Of a stretch of DNA of 64,000 bases, positions 39,785 to 52,562 are shown piece by piece. The position numbers and the translations under genes were made by a program. The DNA is from Tubiluchus corallicola (Eukaryota; Animalia; Priapulida), in assembly GCA_030141605.1 (NCBI GenBank), contig JAQGDQ010000359.1:1-64000 (forward strand), given 5' to 3'. Each line of letters opens with the position of its first letter. The stretch's first letter is position 1. Under the pieces are notes generated by a model that did not search any database, was not told the origin of the DNA, and saw only the letters and a program-made list of their open reading frames with translations.

Positions 39785-40117
39785 GCAAGGACACTCGAGT
39801 GGCTAATGGTATTCGACCGCAAATTTGGCTACTTAGTACTTGTTTAAGATAGAAATTAATGTTTACTTATCTCTATTTAGTTTCTGTGCAAACACATAAA
39901 TGATCAAGAACTGATCGATATTTTTTCTCAAATAGGTTGAACATTTCTTGCTTTTGCACAATGTTTTGCCTACCTATCAAGAACAGAATAACATACTCGC
40001 CTTCGTTGGTGGTATTTGTGCAAAATAATGTGCATGCAAGTACTAAATGAAAGTGAGTACTCAAGAGTGATCACGAGTACTATGGGTAGCAAATTTGGCA
40101 CTCGCTTCATCCTTACA
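39785..40117. mobile_element. Degenerate MITE-like element
   Basis: Loosely inverted ends (GAGTGGC...CAAATTTGGCTAC.TAGTACT versus AGTACTATGGGTAGCAAATTTGGCACTC); a related motif lies at ~23297-23330. Confidence 0.4.
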
Positions 40118-43100
40118 TAGGTATAGTACACTTATAGTACAAAAAAAACAAGGGTTTGACAAGCAACAACACATAAAATACTGTATTGCAAAGACTGACA
40201 AAAATTTGAACAACTTATGAAAAATGCTGTATTTTTGCTGAGACTGTCGGAGTTTTAAGTTTCCAACCCTTTTATCGTTTTCTGTAGCATTTTTTCTCTG
40301 CTGTGTAAATAGGTTTTGAGTGCCACTGCCTTTTTCCTTTCACGGTAGCAGTAAAAATATTTATTAGTCACTTTTCAGTCAATGAACTATCGACATTGAA
40401 TGTAATGAGTAGATTGAGGATTACAGTATAGGTTACTCACAAAAATCCAATGTGGACTATTACTATCATATATAGCTATAAAACAAAAAGATAAATTGCA
40501 AAATTACACCGAGTCACGGCTTCAAGATGAATAAAATATCCAAACTCTAAAAAAATGTGGCTATTCACTTACACAGACAGTACATGGTTGAGAATAACTA
40601 ATGTATTTAAGAAGCAGCCATTTTACAACAGTCTCAAGAAATATAGGCATTAGTAGCATTTAATTATAAAAAATGTGGTGAAATAGAAAATTAATAATTG
40701 TTACTTTAACATGTTACAGTTTTGCTTGATCACAAGACGACAATAAGTTACTAAATCTCAATGCTAAAACTTGCCAAACATCCCAATACACTATTTATGT
40801 TTACTCTCAAATAGTTACGAAAGATTTTTAACTTTCAAGATAATTCTATGAACAATGCCAAATCTATTTCTCAAAATAACATGAACTTATAGTTACGATT
40901 TTAATCATTTGAAGCTACTATACAATATTCTACCAAATTTTTATACACAGTAACCCTTAAACTCTGCTTATATTGCTCCATTTAACCAGAATAAACTCTG
41001 AACATAGTTAATAAAACAAATAACAGAGGGCAGGAGCTGCACAACTGTGCATTCAACAATGATACATACATACACATAAACACGATACACCTAAAAAGTT
41101 TCTCAAGTAAAGCTACGTCTAGTATATTCAGCTTAATTAACATACAAGCTAACAATGCTGTTTTCATAAAGCAACACCAGTACAGTTTGCTTTTCAATTA
41201 AGTTTAGTAACTCATGTAGATGTCTTATGGGCAATTCGTAATTACATTCAATAAATCTACAAATAATTATTTCACATGGCTGCAGAGTCAATTGCTGACT
41301 TTGAAATTTAGTCTATGAAATACCATTAACTGTCAGTCACACATTATTTACCAGTCCTTGAACCTAATCAGAACGTTTGTTGTGGCACATTTTAGCTGTG
41401 AGTTAAAAAATTAAAAACAAAAAAATATGAGAAAGGATGATGAGAAAAAACTCAAGAAGTACTGCACTTCAACTAATTTCTTTAACATTTTGACACTAAA
41501 ATTTAAAATCAGAAATGTAGAATCAAATAGGCAATCAGTCAAAAAAGGCCTGCAACACTAACGTACTCATCATCCAAACTGCTCATCTTAACAAACGACT
41601 TGAAAAAATACAATAAATTATTAAACTGTATCTCAGTAAACTTAAAGTTATAACTGTAATCACTGCATTGCAATGTTGGCATTCGTCGCAACTTGATGGT
41701 TTATAATTCTTAATCTTCATAATTTCATAACAAACTGCAATGATAAAGCAATGTTACTCACTGTGCTATAAGTTACTGTGTTACATTTAGTCATATGAGG
41801 ATGGTAAATGGAAGGCAAAACATTTAGTTACTGGAAAGAGCACTGCAAATAGCGCTTTTACTTTAGAATCGTAAATTTATCCTCAGAATCGAGGAAACAA
41901 GCGGAAATTTACAAAAAGAGTACTATATGGCAAAGTTAATACTGTCACATCTAGCTAATATGTCGAACAACTTTAAGGACTGCATCACAGTCGCATTATT
42001 AATTAAAATCACAAAGAACTTCCATTCATTATGGACAATCAATAGCCAAGCATGTGTATACTAATTTGCAAATAAAAAAAGTAAAAACGTATAAAATGCA
42101 AGAATAGAAAACAAAACTAGCATGCTTTCTGGTGATACTCTTAAAAACCCTGTTACAGAAATACCACCAATGTACATAACCATACAGGTAACTACAGTAC
42201 TGACCAATAATCGAAGCCAACAATGCCAATTTCTATGACAAAAATTCTAACTCACACAAACTCCTAAACTGCTTCACCCAAATGCATTCATCACATAGTA
42301 GCATTTGCAAAATACAATAATTTTTTTGTTAAAAAAAATTCACATCCTACCTCACATTTAAACAACAATTTAAACAAACAAAAGGGTCCGTTAGGACAAA
42401 ATCTGACTAGTACAACAACTTGACTACCATATGCAACTCACATCAAAAGGTATCCAACAAAATCTCTGCTACTGCTTACAACACAACCAGCTTGCCAAAA
42501 TTAATTCTGACAAATGCAAACGTATGCCAAGCCTCCGAAGACCGTCACCCATCCAATTACGAATCTCAATTCGAACGACTTTCCACTTAAATAAACTGAA
42601 ATTAATATAATTATGTTAAGCGTATATTACACACTATACAACCAAGTATAATGGCAACACTTTTTACACATAAATATATATTATATATGTCTAACCATAG
42701 ATAAAACACCAAACCCTTTCTTAACCTCCGTGCGTGCGTATGTACAAGCATGCCTAATAACCTCTCTCTACACGAGAAATCCGAAACAATACAACAGCCA
42801 ATCTTTCAATGACGATGTAAACTTAAAATTAGTTTACATCTATATGCTTACTTTACATGTATCACAAGACATAATGATACACACATGCACACTACACCAA
42901 TCTCTTAATAATGCTACAAACGCACGCATCTGTACACAGCACCCATTGTTACTCATGGCAGAGCAACAGAAAATTGTGATGCCAAAAACTGTAGATCCAA
43001 AAGCCATCGCCTGTCCTTTGGAAAACGGCGTGAAACTTCTGTGAAACTAACACAGCCAAAACCAAAACCATCCAGTGCCAGCATCTTGAACCAAAAACCA

Positions 43101-43263
43101 CGAGTCTATCAACGGGACCAAGACTCGCCAAACTCCTGCATCACAGTAAATGGCGCCAAACGCCATCTTCAAAAAAGCACCGCCTGTTGACAGAAACAGC
43201 GGCCAAACAGCAGCCATGGGGAAGCTGCAGCAAACTATATAGGATTACAAGGAATCCACTCGC

Positions 43264-46200
43264 TCAAAATAGGGCCATAAATGCTGACAGTCCACTAAAA
43301 TCACACTGTTGTCCTGGAAAGCTGCCAGCTGCCATCATTCCAGGGAGTAAACGCTGATCTAGACCATTCAGTTCAGCATGTTGTATTTGTTGCATCACAC
43401 GGGGATCAATCTCCATCCCCAGACTGCGAGGAATGTCTGGGATGGACGCACGGGGCATTTCCACTACAGACCTCATCAAATCCAAGCCATTCTCAATAGC
43501 ACGTACTGCTTTCGGATCAAACACCTTTGGCTCATTTCCATCATTGTTCTCAACGTTATCGAACTTACCACTGTCTGAATTGATCGGGCTATTGTTTGCA
43601 GGACCAACCGATGTCACTGACTGTGATGAATTTTGATCGGGCGATACTAACGGCTGCTGTGCTGCAGAAACCATTGTTGGTTGTTGTAAGTATGCTTGCA
43701 TTTGTGACACAGCTTTCGACGCTGGCGTCTGCAAAGAAAATAAGGAATCCACATTCGTTCGGCGCTGCTTCCGAGCTTTGTATGGTGCTTTTATTGTGGC
43801 ATTGTCACCGTGATGCTTTAATACGTGTTCCTTAAGCTTGTCACGACGAGAGCTCCCATATTCACAACTCTGACAACGAAATGGTTTCTCTTCTAGGTGT
43901 ATTCGTTCATGTCTGACTAGATGACTTTTCTCCACAAAACCTCGCCCACAAGATGAACAAATGTGTGAGCGTATAGCTGCATGTGTCCTCATGTGTGCTT
44001 TTAATTGACTCTTTTTTGGAGATGAGTAATTGCATTTCGGATACTGACAAGTGTAGACGTCGCCAGTGTGTATGCGCTTGTGTGCTATCAGATGAGACTG
44101 GTACTTAGTAGAGAAGCCGCACTGATCACAAAGATAAGGTCGAACATCACTGTGAGTGACCAGATGCTGATCCAAGGTGCTCTTAATAGCAAAGCAGCGA
44201 CCGCACTGATGGCATTTGAACGGTTTCTCTCCAGTATGTGAACGTGTGTGTGCAGTCAAGTTATTTTTAGTACGACATCGGTAATTACATTGCGTGCAAC
44301 GGAACGGTTTCTCATCAGTATGTTTCATGCGGTGAGACAAGATCGGCTGAATGCGGTCGGTGCTGTAGTCGCACTGATCGCACTTAAATGGCGGCCCAGT
44401 AAAATGTGTTTTCATGTGCATGTAATACTCACGGTTCCACTTGCAGGAAAACTCACATAATGTGCAACAGAAAACCGTGTTATTGGCATGTGCTTTCTCC
44501 CGATGCTGGTACAGCCTTGCTTGACTGTTTGCAACATAGCAACAATCTACACATTTGATTCCCTCTTTTTCCAAATCTAAAATGAAACAGCGACATATTA
44601 GAATGAAGAAAGAGACTGATATCAGTAAACTCCTATACTAAATCTATCAATCTAACACTTCGAATTGATGGTGAAAGAGCAGATACATCGTTAATTTGTC
44701 CACAAGAAAGAATGGCAAGAAAAAATACAGGCGACTAATTTTTTTAGGGATAAAGCTTTAAAGTAAAATATCAGAACAATATAAAAAGCATGCATTATTC
44801 ATCAAATGCATTATTTTGGAGTTAAAACAACAGTAAAATTACTTCCAACAACTAAATCCAACAGTGGCATAGTGAAAAACATTTGATAATAGCTGTATCT
44901 TTTCAAGCTCAAAACTGCAAAGATCCCTTTAGAAAATACATTGCTTTGCTTTCATTCAGTTATTCAAATTTCCAAATCAAAGCTGAAAGTTTGAAGCATT
45001 TGCACAACTTTTCAAAAAAATATGTTTCTATGAAATAAAATTATACAGATTTAATAACACGTTAAGAGTAAATGATTTTTATTAATTTTATAGTGGAAAT
45101 GTGCACATTGGATCACTAGAAAGTATGCTTGTGTTGCTCTAGTGTCCAAGCTAGACACAGCCATACTCAGCATAATTACAAATTTATAACAAACTAACAT
45201 TGTACAGCAATTTGAAATACAATTACTTAAACAGAACACAATGCATAGCAACCGGAATTATCATTGCCATTTGCAGCAGGTGCAAACTGGCATCCTATTT
45301 TAAATAACACTGTTTGAAAATCAGTACATTGATATCAATAAACCAATTTTTTCTTGTCTTCTGTTAAATTTCGTTCAGCTATCGTTAATAAATAATCTGT
45401 GAAACCGTAGTTTAATATTAAGATATCACTGCATTTGTTTAGTTCTAGTAGTATGCTTACAACATCGTGATCTCACAAAGTTAGTTAGATAATCTAAGTT
45501 TTAAGCTTACTGAGCCTTTCATTTATAGTATATGGGTTTTCCAGCTAATTTACACCCCGAATCATTAAAAAAATTACATGATGTATTAATTGCACCTATT
45601 ATATAGATTTAACTAGTGTTTATAATATTATTTCACTGCATACTAGTAATTCTACATTGTTAAAACTATGCGGCCAAAGGCAGTGTGATACCAGATAACT
45701 TTCTCCCTATTTCATTATCAGTTCTGAAAGCACGAAAAATGCTATAACTAGCAATTGCAACTCACCATCATCCTGCCTCTTGTCTGCTAAGTCATCTGCG
45801 TTCATTAAAGAACTATCCGAATCCTCGTCAGACCCATCATCTATATCTTCCAGTTCCTTAGAAAGCCTAATTCGTTCATCATCATCCTCTTCAGGTCCAA
45901 GTTTGTCATTCTGTTCGGTTAGCAGTTTCTGAAAAAACAAAAAATGAAGCAGTTTTTCTCAAAATGCAATCTTAAATCTAAATATAAAACAGTTTAAGCA
46001 GTACTGATAGCTTCAGACATTGTATGTGAATCAAAACAATGCCATGATGCTGTTTAAGGTAAAAACTGAACATGAATAGAATGTACAAGTAAACATGGGT
46101 GCATTTACATGTGGCAGTCCAGAGATTAATCCAATTACACACTATGCAAGCCGCATAATATGTGAGATATTATATGAATAACATATTAAAAGATGCAGTT

Positions 46201-47774
46201 TCATTACAGACAGAAGATGAAGCTTATGTGACGTATTACAGAGTACAATGAACGCAATTCCTGATTAAAAACATAAAATAATATAATTTTAGCTCATCAG
46301 ATACCTTTGGTAAATAATATACATCAGTGGTGTTTGTCTTAAATTTGGACTTCATATTAGACAAGAGACATACAAAGTAGTACACATTTAGTTTTGGCCA
46401 ACTATATATATTTTGTAAGTTTAGTATATCACGAACGGTAGTTAGACCCAAACTCGTTACCTGTTGGTGTGTTTTTCCAGTCTTTTTGTGTTTCAGTCCC
46501 TCATCAGACGGACTCTTTTTCGGTCGTCCGGGTTTGCGCTTCAGTGCAACTCTCTGCTCATTCTCTTGCTGCTTTGCAATGCGAAGTTTGACTGGCGTAC
46601 TTTTACGACGGTGAGGAGACTGAGATCTCGATAACCTAACCACTTTCGCATTGTTTTCTGACGCTTTTAACAACGAGCGGTTTCTACTATTTGCAATTGA
46701 AGGCTTACTTCCATTATTATTGTGACTGTTTTCACCTATCATGCCTTTGCCAGAGGACATTCTTTCGTGGTCATCAGTGTTAATACTGAGATTAATCAAT
46801 AACTCCCCATTAGGCTGTTGTATTATGGTACCGCATCTTTCTTCTAATACTCTTGACAATTGTTCAAATTTCTCTGACAATGGAACATTGTTTTCCCGCA
46901 AAACTTGCAGTGTAACAACCAAACAGCCGGGGCTCTCCTTAAACAGACAATCTGTTTCAATGAGATTCTGGACAAATATGGGCGACAACTTCTCCCACGC
47001 AACGAAGCTGAGTAAAAACCGGATGTTCTTCTCCCTGTTCGGCAGGTCGTGGTGAATCCAGCGAAGTACGAATTTCAGTAAATTCTCAGACGAAACCGAT
47101 ACATTCTTGTCCGTCAGAAAAGCTTCAACCTTTGCAAGACCCAATGTTAACACCTCGGTATGTAGCAACACTTCATTGACATTGGCGAGTAAGAAATGTG
47201 TGGCATTCTTGACTAATGCTGGCATGTTGTATTTTTCCGCTAGTTCTTTGACGCTTAAACAGTTTGTTGCATCGAGATAGCGATCTAAGTATTCAGCACA
47301 GTAGTTCTTTAATTTCGACACCAGAAAGTGATTAGCTAATTTCAGCAATTCTGAAACATTGTTTTTATCAATGACTACATGACCTGTGTACATGTAATTT
47401 AACAAAAGTTGGAAAACTTCATGGTTTTGACATGTAATCGTAAGCTGCTCCTTAACAATATGATGTACCTTGAGAATGGAATCAAAATACGGGCTGCAGG
47501 CGGCAAGAACATTCCGGTGGGCCAAGTACTGCCGGCCCTGCACATGGAGAACCACATCACAAAAACGACTCGATTCCTTCTGCTGTTTTAGGCGCTCTAG
47601 TATGCCATTGCCATGCTGATTCTCAGTGAAATTCATAGAGCTGTTACTGACAATGGATGCTGCAGTCAGTGTCGGAGTCGGACAGGAAGGAGGAGGTGTG
47701 TTTTCTGTCCACTCCTCGCCTGGTAGTGGTTGTTGATGCAAAGGAAAGTTGCTAACAACCGTGATTGCAGCCAT
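43264..47774 (-). CDS. BTB-BACK / AT-hook / 9x C2H2 zinc-finger protein, 929 aa
   Basis: Phase-consistent exons 47774-46461, 45928-45766, 44576-43264 (2790 nt). BTB: FCDVVLHV...[13 protein letters not shown]...[12 protein letters not shown]: NCL...[17 protein letters not shown]-hook KRKPGRPKK, acidic linker, nine C2H2 fingers with TGEKPF-type linkers. Confidence 0.9.
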
Positions 47775-48576
47775 GGTTATACCAGTGTCATAACTTCAGA
47801 AAAGAATAAACCTAGGTAAATCCATTGGCTCATGCATAATCATTGGTAAATTTGGCATTCTTCAATTTCAAGTTGTTTCTTTGCTACAACGAAATCTGAA
47901 AAATAAAAACAAAATTTTAAATGTAAGATAAATGTATGATCATAATAGCAAACTAAACAATGTGAACATCCACTGCAGAGACAACACTAGTTCATGAAAT
48001 TTTTGAAACACAATGCAATCTGAATATGATTTGACAACAAAAGGGGTACCTGAAGTGGGTTTCAGAAAAATCGCTTTAAAAAATGATATTACTTTATAGC
48101 AATTTCATGATTATATCATACTTGCGTTGAAAGGACTTTTTGTTTGTTTTCATTTTAAATTTTCTGCGGCACTGTTCCGAAGGCAGTAAAATGTCGCTGA
48201 CTCACACTCGAGGGTGCACCACTCACTAACCAAAAATGTATTTTTAATCTTATTGAAAAAATACAGTAATTTAAAATTTTACTTAAATAGTGAGGTGTGC
48301 ACTGCAAATGCTCTGATTACTTTTTCAAATTTTACACAATGATATCTAAGCTTGTCTTAAATGACTTATCGTCAAATTGGCTGCAACGGTCATCGCTGGA
48401 GTTTAAATTTAAGTGTTTATACAGCATTATTGCCCAACGCAAGCCTAATATACAAAAAGGCAGTATGTAAGTGGTATAAAATTTCAAGATTTTTTAAGCT
48501 TTATGTAACTTGAGGGTTTTCTTGTGCTTTAAGTATGTGTGAAAGTTCTACCATTAATTTAAACAACCGTTTTGCT

Positions 48577-48847
48577 GGGTTCATAGCCAAGTGGTTACAT
48601 GTGAATGTTTTGCACGAATGACTCCAAGTTCAATACTAACTTTGAAAGGTTTCATTCGTTACAGTGACTTTGGCTGTTTACTTTGAAGAGGGTAGCATAC
48701 AATATTGTACACACATCAAAACACGGCCGCTTTAGCGGCTCATCTTGAACTTAGAAAAACATGCTATCAGAATCAAGAGCAAGGTTCCTGTCATACCACA
48801 AACCTCATGTTGAGTCAGATTGCGGCTTACTGTACACCAAAAAATAC
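48577..48847 (+). mobile_element. Degenerate tRNA-derived SINE
   Basis: A-box-like TAGCCAAGTGG (48584) and B-box-like GTTCAATAC (48628). Its segment 48777-48804 resembles 6325-6351, suggesting a dispersed family. Confidence 0.55.
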
Positions 48848-48857
48848 AAGTTTGTAA

Positions 48858-49560
48858 TCATGACACCCGAAACGCCTTCATCATGTCCATCAAAATCACA
48901 CGAAAAGGCTTTCTGGTATCTTTATCTCTCAGCCATTCATTCTCAGCCAACTGAGTTACTGTCTTCCCTTGTATAAGACCAGGTTGTTCTTTACAAATTA
49001 TATTGTAATGTAACAAATGTTCCATACAATGATCTCTAAATAGTTTTCCACATATTCTACCAATTACATTTAGCAAACTTACTGGCCTACAGTTGGAAGA
49101 GACACTCTTATCATCCTTCTTAAATATCGGTGTAATTGAAGCTAGTTTTCGTTCATTTGGTAATTCACAATAATTCAAAGACATTCTGATCAATTTTGTA
49201 ATCGGTTTCTTTAATGAAAATGCACATTCTGTAATAACCCTGGGAAACATTAGGTCGGGTACAGATTTGTTTGCATAAAATTTAGCCCTTGCAACAAATG
49301 CATTACATCGTTTTCCGACACATTTATGTGTTCAATATGCGGATATTGTGATCCAAGCTGAAAACAACAATCCAATTTTGGCCCATAAACACTTGTAAAA
49401 ATTTATTTAACAAGTTAGCTTTGGACTCTGGGTCACAGATCAAATTGTTATTATCATCTCTACAGCTGACGTGCAAGATTACGAGTTGCAGCATAGACGT
49501 TATAATGATAGGGCGTCTTACACCGCTGCCATATGTGAAACAGTTTATTCTTCTGCTTGA
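48858..49560 (-). mobile_element. Decayed CR1-like LINE ORF2 fragment
   Basis: PDLMFPRVITECA...KLASITPIFKKDDKSVSSNCRPVSLL, the pre-RT/RT domain 0-1 signature, with stops and frameshifts. Confidence 0.8.
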
Positions 49561-50703
49561 TCTTAACTAACAAATCTGGCATCAACGGTCTACCCCTACT
49601 TCTAGTACTATTAGGGTGGCAGTAGAAAGTGGGTACGCATTTATCAACTGCCTCGGTAAATATGTCTTTAAATTTTTCCAGGAATGCTCAACATTCAAAT
49701 TATCAGGCAAGATTTCTTCCCACTGTACATTACTCAACTCACTTTCTAGAGCACTGTAATCTGCTTATATCTTGTAATTTAATTAAAAATATTTGCAAAT
49801 TTATTTCATACCTACCATAGTCAAATTCTCCCAATTTTTTCTACATATCCACTCAAATTAACTAATTAAAACATGAATCATTTAAAACTAATTAACTATT
49901 AGCACTCTAATTATTTTAATGCCTAACAAGAAGAGTGGCTGATTCGATACCTGTATGATTTTTTGCCACTCTTCCTACAGTGTATTAATATTTTGCTTGT
50001 ATTGGTCGACATTGCATAACCTATTGATCAGTATAATTTAAGGAAATATCATGCTTATCTATTTGGACAAACTTTAAAGCAAACTTTCGTTATATGTGAT
50101 GAACATTATTCTGTGACAATTTCTAGCTACTGCTCTATCATCGTCATCATAAATCCCTTGTGCCACATCTTGTATTTGAAAATTTCACACACTACATGAT
50201 ACTTGTTAGGTGAACATCTGGTCTTTTACCACCCTGCCTCACCTGGAACCAGTTAATGGAGCAAGTTGTGAAGTCTCCCCAGTATATAGTATAAATGCTG
50301 TCAAGGGCCATTTCGTCCTGGATGACTTCTCAAGAAGATTAAGCGCCACAACATAAGCTTGAGGACGCTTACAGGCCGAGTTGACATTACCACTGATTAT
50401 GTTGCCATTTAGATGAAGTTGGTAGTCATTAGTAAATATCAGTCAGGCCTCACCAACCCACTGTATATTATTACCTGCATACTAATAAGTAATAATACTA
50501 GTAATACTTATATACCAGTAAATACGAGACAAATAAAATAGCTTATAAATTCTCCTATAAACAGCAGGCAACGTCAGTTGTAGTGTTCCTAAAACTAGAT
50601 CTGTTTAATCACATCACCTGAAATATTTATTTATTTTAGCTACCCAAATTTGTTTTAGTTTGTCAGGTGGTTTTTTTCTACTAATCCTAAGAAAATTACT
50701 CAC

Positions 50704-50745
50704 CAACTACCAGCCATTTTGGTTTTCAAACACTCGACGCTACAT
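50704..50745 (-). promoter_or_regulatory. Candidate first (leader) exon and TSS region of the BTB-zinc-finger gene
   Basis: YY1-like CAAAATGGCT followed by a strong donor TG|GTGAGTAAT at 50703, which could join the acceptor at 47896. Confidence 0.55.
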
Positions 50746-51528
50746 CTAGTGAGAAAACATAGAGTAAAAAGTCAAAGTAATGCTGCTTTCTAAAATAATT
50801 CGATTCATTCTGGATTTATTTTGCATCTTACCACTTACAACTACATGTACTCGAATTTTAGCTACATCTATGTACACATGAATTACTTCAACAAAGTGTA
50901 TCAATTTATACTTGTTAATTGCAAGTTGTTATGTTATAGCTGGCTATGTTTATCTATATTGTGCATTATTACTATACTAGGAAGGAAGTATTCGATATTA
51001 ATTTCATGTACAACAAAAAATTTCCAGAGCTGTCTTGATATTAAAGCTTAATCAAATTTTGTATTTGCATAGCAAAACAGTTTGTGTAACTTCCATGAAA
51101 CTTTGAGATTAGTGGACAGAATACAAAAAAATAAAACTAAATTAATAAGACTATAATACAATCATTTCTTTAAACATAAAAGTGATAAAACAATATTGAA
51201 AAAGTAGTAGGACCTAACCATGTTAACAGCAAAACATGTGAATTAAGGCAGTGCTATAAAAACACTAACTAAATAACAATGTAAATACCAAAGTGAGCAA
51301 AAGCGTTTTAATGTGTTACTGGTTATATTTACTACAGTATGTATTTAAGACAACGGAATTAGTCAGTAAAAATATTACATATTCATATATATATATATAT
51401 ATATATAGGTAATATATTTTGTCTACGTATACTAACGTAGACAAAATATATTAACATATAACATATGACATATAACATATAACTACATATAGTATATGTA
51501 CGAATACTAACACTTTGTTGTATGCTGT

Positions 51529-52278
51529 CAAGGGCGGATCCACGAAGTTTAGAAAGAGGGGGTATACCGAATAGCAGCCGAAAGCGGGAGCTCAAAAGAG
51601 GGATCTGGAGAGTTCACCCCCGGAAAATTTTGAAAATTTGGAACCGATTTCCTGAAAATAAGCAGGCCATAACACCAATCATTTCTTCAATTTCAATAAG
51701 CTTACTGGTAAGACTGACTATTGCGAATGAATCCTCAGGTCCGGATTTCTAGCTAATATTCACGGGACCTGATTTTCAAACTGCGACTTTGCTAAACTGG
51801 TAGGGCTGCGTATCTTTGTATTTTCTTACTTTTTGGTTGAGAACTTCTCTGGAATCGGAACATTAAGAACATTTGCACTTCGATTTTATGTGTCACAGTG
51901 AAGTGAAACAAATATTCGATTTTGCTGTGACACGAATTTACTTATGTTACATACACTATAAAATCTCTTTCTTTCACCCCCCACACAGGGCATTTAGACT
52001 CACCCAAAAAATTAACACAGTAACAATTTCAATCCAGCAAATGGACAGTCAGCTTCACTCTCAATCACACTCAGCTTCCTCGAAGGCACTGAGGACTCCC
52101 CTTTCATATAATTAAGAAGTGCGCATTCAACTAGTTTAGCGTTAGTACAGTAGACTGCACGGTAGACATGCCTTCTTTACACTTCACACATGAACATTGT
52201 GGATGTATTCTGAAATAAAATAATTTTGTCGTGCAAAATAGGGTGGGGGTGCCCGCTGCACACCCTCCTGGATCCGCC
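51529..52278. mobile_element. hAT-like non-autonomous element (~750 bp)
   Basis: TIR CAAGGGCGGATCCA / TGGATCCGCC (right end about 4 nt short), flanked by TATGCTGT (51521-51528) and TAGGCTGT (52279-52286), a 7/8 TSD. Confidence 0.75.
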
Positions 52279-52562
52279 TAGGCTGTAATTGCTCTGGCAG
52301 GAACAAGTGGGTAAGCAAATGAGTACAACGATTCCTTCAATTGCAAGAGAAAACTGTACTTTCCAAACTCAAAGTCCCACTATTGCAAGTCGATTACTTT
52401 ACTAGCAAAGCAATGCCATGCCAAATTCAACAAAAGTAATTGGACAACCCGCAGAGCGTGTCAAACAAATAAAATCACTATAAAACCACACATTACGTGA
52501 ATTTGCGAAATACTAAACTGCACATATATATGTTAGACGAACGGTTATATATGGTTAAAACT

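Noticed and set aside
46236-46460. C-terminal tail of the 512-aa BTB ORF in the ORF track
   Set aside because: Read-through into an intron past the CAG|GTAACG donor at 46460; the spliced model continues in phase to the zinc-finger exon.
48577-48645. tRNA gene
   Set aside because: A and B boxes are present but acceptor and anticodon stems do not form; treated as a SINE head.
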